Of a stretch of DNA of 30,986 nt, positions 26,891 through 30,986 are shown in pieces; the first letter of the stretch is position 1, and every line of letters begins with the position of its first letter. Both the position numbers and the translations under genes were made by a program. This stretch comes from a virus (Duplodnaviria; Caudoviricetes). The notes below the pieces were generated by a model. The model was not told where the DNA came from. It made no database searches and saw only the letters and a list, made by a program, of their open reading frames with translations. The stretch covers positions 1 through 30,986 of the IMG/VR virus record IMGVR_UViG_3300025084_000127, one strand, 5' to 3'.

Positions 26891-29196
26891 GCATCAATGT
26901 AGAAAAGAGAGATGGAACGGTTGAGGTTCTTGACCTAGAAAAAATTCATAAGATGGTTGAAGAGGCATGTCAGGGTCTCGGTGGCGTCTCCTCCAGCCAG
27001 GTGGAGATGAATTCTGGCATTCAATTCTTTGATGGCATCACCACGATCCAGATCCAGGAGATCCTAATTCGCTCTGCAAGCGACCTAATTGATCTGGACC
27101 ACCCCAACTACCAATTTGTTGCTGCTCGCCTGCTCCTGTCCTGCCTACGTAAGGAAGCGTTCCATAAGAACATCTGGAAGGAAGGCATGCCGTCAGTGTT
27201 TGACGTGACTGCATACAATGCTACAGTCAATAGAGTCTATGATGAAGAAATCCTAGACAAGTATACTGATGAAGACTGGATGAAGATCAATTCTTGGATT
27301 GATCATGATCGTGATTACCTGTTTACCTATGCTGGTCTTCGTCAAGTAACAGATAAATATCTCGTTCAGGATAGAAGTGCTGGAGAAGTCTATGAGACTC
27401 CACAGTACATGTATATGCTTATTGCATTAACTCTCTTTGCTGAATACCCATTGGCAACCAGACTCGATTATGTCAGAAGATACTACGACGCAATCAGCAA
27501 GCACAAAATCAACATTCCCACACCTATCATGGCAGGGGTGCGAACTCCACTTCGACAATTTGCTAGCTGTGTTCTTGTTGATAGCGATGACACCCTCGAT
27601 AGTATCTTTTCTAGTGACATGGCGATTGGCAAGTATGTTGCTCAACGTGCAGGAATCGGTATCAACGCAGGCAGAATCCGTGGGGTCAACAGTAAGATCC
27701 GAGGTGGAGAAGTCGCGCACACAGGTGTTATCCCATTCCTCAAAAAGTTTGAAGCAACTGTCAGATGCTGTACTCAAAATGGCATTCGCGGTGGATCAGC
27801 TACAGTCCACTTCCCAATCTGGCACCAAGAGATAGAAGATATTATTGTTCTCAAAAACAATAAAGGATCAGAAGACAATCGAGTGAGGAAACTTGACTAC
27901 TCAATCCAAATTTCAAAACTTTTCTACGAACGTTTCATTGAGAATGGAGAGATTAGCCTGTTCTCACCGCATGACGTACCAGGTCTCTATGATGCTTTTG
28001 GTACTGATGCATTTGACGCTTGCTATGTGGACTATGAATCAGATCAGTCTGTTCCAAGAAAGACTGTCGGGGCACAGGAACTAATCCTAAACCTCCTGAA
28101 GAATCGTGCAGAGACTGGTCGCATGTATCTGATGAACATCGATCACTGTAATTCACATTCATCCTTCCTGGATAAAGTGAACATGAGTAACCTGTGTCAG
28201 GAGATCACCCTGCCTACAGATCCTATTCAACACATCGATGGTAAAGGTGAGATTGCTTTGTGTATTCTATCTGCTATCAATGTAGGTAAACTAAAGAACC
28301 TTGATGACCTTGAGGATCTATGTGACCTTGCTGTTCGTGGTCTAGAAGAACTCATTGACTATCAGGAGTACCCCGTCAAGGCAGCCAGAGAGTCCACAAT
28401 CAACCGTAGGTCTCTTGGCATTGGATACATTGGTTTAGCACACTTCCTGGCGAAGCAGGGTGAGCATTATGATGATGCGAAGGCACTGAAACTAGTTCAT
28501 GAGTTGACTGAAGCATTCCAATACTACTTGCTTAAGTCATCCAATCAGATTGCTAAAGAAAAGGGTGCTTGTGGATACTTTGATCGTACAAAATATTCCC
28601 AGGGCATTCTTCCGATTGATACATATAAAAAAGAAGTTGACGAACTAGTACCAAATGACCTATCGCTTGATTGGGGAACTCTACGGCAGACAATCAAAGA
28701 GTTCGGACTACGACATAGCACGTTGTCCGCTCAAATGCCAAGCGAAAGTAGTTCCGTTGTGTCAAACGCAACAAATGGAATCGAACCACCTAGAGGGTAT
28801 CTGTCCGTTAAGAAGAGCAAAAAGGGACCACTTAAACAGATCGTTCCGCAATACCAGACTCTTAAAAATAATTATACCCTTCTGTGGGATATGCCTAGCA
28901 ACGCTGGCTATATTAATATTGTTGCTGTGATGCAAAAGTTCTTCGACCAGGCAATCTCTGGTAACTGGAGCTACAATCCACTGAACTATCCTGATAATGA
29001 GATCCCTGTGTCTGTTATGGCACAAGATTTCTTAACTACATACAAGTACGGTTGGAAGACTTCTTACTATCAAAACACTTATGATTCAAAAGAAGATCCA
29101 GAAGAAGAAGACAAAAAGCAAAGCATCGAAGACCTATTAACTCAAATTCTAGACACACAAACCGAGGAAGAAGACTGTGACAGTTGCAAAATTTAG
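26887..29196 (+). CDS. nrdA: Class I ribonucleotide reductase alpha subunit
   Basis: ATP cone (VEKRDG), PTPIMAG, FASCV, SNLCQEI, MPSESSS, C-terminal CDSCKI. Confidence 0.97.
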   Translation: MSINVEKRDGTVEVLDLEKIHKMVEEACQGLGGVSSSQVEMNSGIQFFDGITTIQIQEILIRSASDLIDLDHPNYQFVAARLLLSCLRKEAFHKNIWKEGMPSVFDVTAYNATVNRVYDEEILDKYTDEDWMKINSWIDHDRDYLFTYAGLRQVTDKYLVQDRSAGEVYETPQYMYMLIALTLFAEYPLATRLDYVRRYYDAISKHKINIPTPIMAGVRTPLRQFASCVLVDSDDTLDSIFSSDMAIGKYVAQRAGIGINAGRIRGVNSKIRGGEVAHTGVIPFLKKFEATVRCCTQNGIRGGSATVHFPIWHQEIEDIIVLKNNKGSEDNRVRKLDYSIQISKLFYERFIENGEISLFSPHDVPGLYDAFGTDAFDACYVDYESDQSVPRKTVGAQELILNLLKNRAETGRMYLMNIDHCNSHSSFLDKVNMSNLCQEITLPTDPIQHIDGKGEIALCILSAINVGKLKNLDDLEDLCDLAVRGLEELIDYQEYPVKAARESTINRRSLGIGYIGLAHFLAKQGEHYDDAKALKLVHELTEAFQYYLLKSSNQIAKEKGACGYFDRTKYSQGILPIDTYKKEVDELVPNDLSLDWGTLRQTIKEFGLRHSTLSAQMPSESSSVVSNATNGIEPPRGYLSVKKSKKGPLKQIVPQYQTLKNNYTLLWDMPSNAGYINIVAVMQKFFDQAISGNWSYNPLNYPDNEIPVSVMAQDFLTTYKYGWKTSYYQNTYDSKEDPEEEDKKQSIEDLLTQILDTQTEEEDCDSCKI

Positions 29197-30364
29197 AGTA
29201 AGCGATGAAACACCAAAGAAATCTGTTGAAGGCATGACTGTCTTTAATACTAACAAAGTGAATGCTATGAAACAACCTATGTTCTTTGGTGCTCCTTTGG
29301 GAGTTCAACGTTATGATCAATACAAGTATCCCGTCTTTGAAAAACTTACACAGCAACAACTGGGATACTTCTGGAGACCTGAAGAGGTATCGCTCCAGAA
29401 GGACCGTGCAGACTATCAAACACTTCGCCCCGAGCAGAAGCACATTTTTACTTCCAACCTTAAGTACCAGATCCTCCTGGATAGTGTACAAGGGCGTGGT
29501 CCTGGGATGGCTTTTGCACCTTACTGTTCTCTACCCGAGCTTGAGGCTGCAATGAATATCTGGCAGACTATGGAGATGATTCATAGTCGGTCTTACACAT
29601 ACATCATTAAGAATGTGTACCCAGATCCTACCGAGGTTCTTGATACTATTGTTGACGATGAGAAGATTCTTGATAGGGCTCAGTCTGTAACTCGTGCTTA
29701 CGATGAGTTCTTACAGGCAGCACAAGAATGGGGTGCTGGTAATCAATGGGAACACGCACTTGATGATGTTCCTACAGCACAGTATGAACTACGTGAACTG
29801 AAGAGAAAACTTTATAGGGCAGTTGTTAATGTATACATTCTTGAGGGTATTCGTTTTTACGTTAGCTTTGCATGTTCCTTTGCTTTTGGCGAACTTAAAA
29901 TGATGGAGGGTAATGCCAAAATCATTGGACTGATTGCTCGCGATGAGTCACAGCATATGACTATTACCTTAAACATTATTAAGAAATGGTTGGAAGGTGA
30001 TGACCCAGAGATGCGTGAGATTGCTAAAGAAGAAGAGCAAAACATCATTGAGATGTTCCGTGACTGTGTAGAGGAAGAAAAGAACTGGGCAGAGTATCTG
30101 TTTAAAGATGGTAGTATGATCGGATTGAATGACAAACTGCTCTCCAAGTATGTTGAGTGGGTTGCCAACCGTCGTATGAAATCTATTGGTCTGAAACCTC
30201 TGTATGATATTCCTGCTAACAACAATCCACTACCGTGGACAGAGCACTGGTTGAACTCCAAGTCTATGCAGGTGGCACCACAAGAGACAGAGGTTGAGTC
30301 CTATGTCATCGGTGGTATCAAACAAGACGTTGGTGAAAAAACATTCTCTGGATTTAAATTATGA
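29177..30364 (+). CDS. nrdB: Class I ribonucleotide reductase beta subunit
   Basis: FWRPEEV, LDSVQGR, EMIHSRSY, EGIRFYVSF, RDESQH, VAPQETEVESY. GTG start. Confidence 0.97.
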   Translation: MTVAKFRVSDETPKKSVEGMTVFNTNKVNAMKQPMFFGAPLGVQRYDQYKYPVFEKLTQQQLGYFWRPEEVSLQKDRADYQTLRPEQKHIFTSNLKYQILLDSVQGRGPGMAFAPYCSLPELEAAMNIWQTMEMIHSRSYTYIIKNVYPDPTEVLDTIVDDEKILDRAQSVTRAYDEFLQAAQEWGAGNQWEHALDDVPTAQYELRELKRKLYRAVVNVYILEGIRFYVSFACSFAFGELKMMEGNAKIIGLIARDESQHMTITLNIIKKWLEGDDPEMREIAKEEEQNIIEMFRDCVEEEKNWAEYLFKDGSMIGLNDKLLSKYVEWVANRRMKSIGLKPLYDIPANNNPLPWTEHWLNSKSMQVAPQETEVESYVIGGIKQDVGEKTFSGFKL

Positions 30365-30986
30365 GTGAGTGGAGTGCTAGAGAATTTGTAAGTGATCCTC
30401 CATGTTCTCCCTTTGCTCCTACTTGGGACTATACAGTAGGAGAAAAGCAAATTGATCTTGATTTAGATACTCTTTCTGATATCTTATTAACAAAAGAACC
30501 GGATATTAAAGATAAGTTTCCTGCTAGTGGTGATGGAAACACCGGTTTGGGTGATGAAAGTCTTACCTCCAGGTATAAACATTTTAATGTTTTAAGTTGG
30601 GGGTTCCCTGTCACTGATCAGTTACATAAAGAGATTAAAACATTTCACAAACAATACTATCGAAGTTTGTTTGGTCTTATGGAAAAAATTCCCAAGGTTA
30701 GTATTAGATGTTGGGCTAATATATTGAGAAAGGGAGAGCAGATCCAAAAACATTTGCATGCCGCTCACCCTTATACATATCTTGGAGGACACTTTACGGT
30801 TACTTGTGGAAAAACTTGTACGGTGTATTGCAATCCTTATGATGAACACCAAGAATATCATGCAGAGAATGTACCAGGAAAACTAACGTTGTTTCCTAAT
30901 TACCTTCCTCATTATACTTACGTTCATCAAGAAGACTATCCCAGAATTACTGTTGCATTTGATCTTTGTCTATTAGACAAAAGATT
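30361..30986 (+). CDS. Putative 2OG-Fe(II) oxygenase (3' truncated, absent from ORF track)
   Basis: ATGA overlap with nrdB. Frame is open to the window end: WANILRKG...HLH...LGGHF...LFPNYLPHYT...RITVAFD. Confidence 0.8.
   Translation, partial: MSEWSAREFVSDPPCSPFAPTWDYTVGEKQIDLDLDTLSDILLTKEPDIKDKFPASGDGNTGLGDESLTSRYKHFNVLSWGFPVTDQLHKEIKTFHKQYYRSLFGLMEKIPKVSIRCWANILRKGEQIQKHLHAAHPYTYLGGHFTVTCGKTCTVYCNPYDEHQEYHAENVPGKLTLFPNYLPHYTYVHQEDYPRITVAFDLCLLDKR

Noticed and set aside
13809-30364. Possible introns or inteins in g43, g41, nrdA, nrdB
   Set aside because: ORFs are continuous and of normal length, with no intein or homing-endonuclease motifs seen.
1140-30861. Numerous minus-strand and alternate-frame ORFs in the track (e.g. 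21839-22489, 22931-23515, 7215-7742, 4605-5126)
   Set aside because: They are shadows of well-supported + strand genes, with no recognisable motifs.
1-30986. tRNA genes, CRISPR arrays, IS elements
   Set aside because: Intergenic gaps are short and accounted for. No cloverleaf, spaced direct repeats or transposase were seen.

Overview
Core replication and nucleotide-metabolism region of a T4-like marine cyanomyovirus (Synechococcus/Prochlorococcus-type phage). All credible genes are on the + strand, in this order: uvsW (5' truncated), g55 late sigma, g47/g46, a HExxH-peptidase/vWA gene plus 'cobS' AAA+, g45, g44, dam, g62, regA, hsp20, g43, uvsX, g41, mazG, a late-promoter block (putative nuclease, ligase-like NTase, cytidylyltransferase-like, probable head/virion proteins), g61, nrdA, nrdB and a 2OG-Fe(II) oxygenase running off the end. 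I saw no tRNA, rRNA, CRISPR array, intron or intein. The most notable signals are non-coding or recoding: (1) a complete dnaX-type -1 frameshift cassette at the end of the 22467 gene; (2) a ROSE-like RNA thermometer in the hsp20 leader; (3) a terminator hairpin that hides the SD and carries a late promoter in front of a putative nuclease; (4) a candidate ~55-nt late small RNA; (5) a repeated AA(C/G)YG(G/T)C box 39 nt upstream of three -10 elements; (6) an antisense promoter with clustered TTTTCCACA boxes near uvsW. All family assignments come from motif recognition by eye; no database searches were run.
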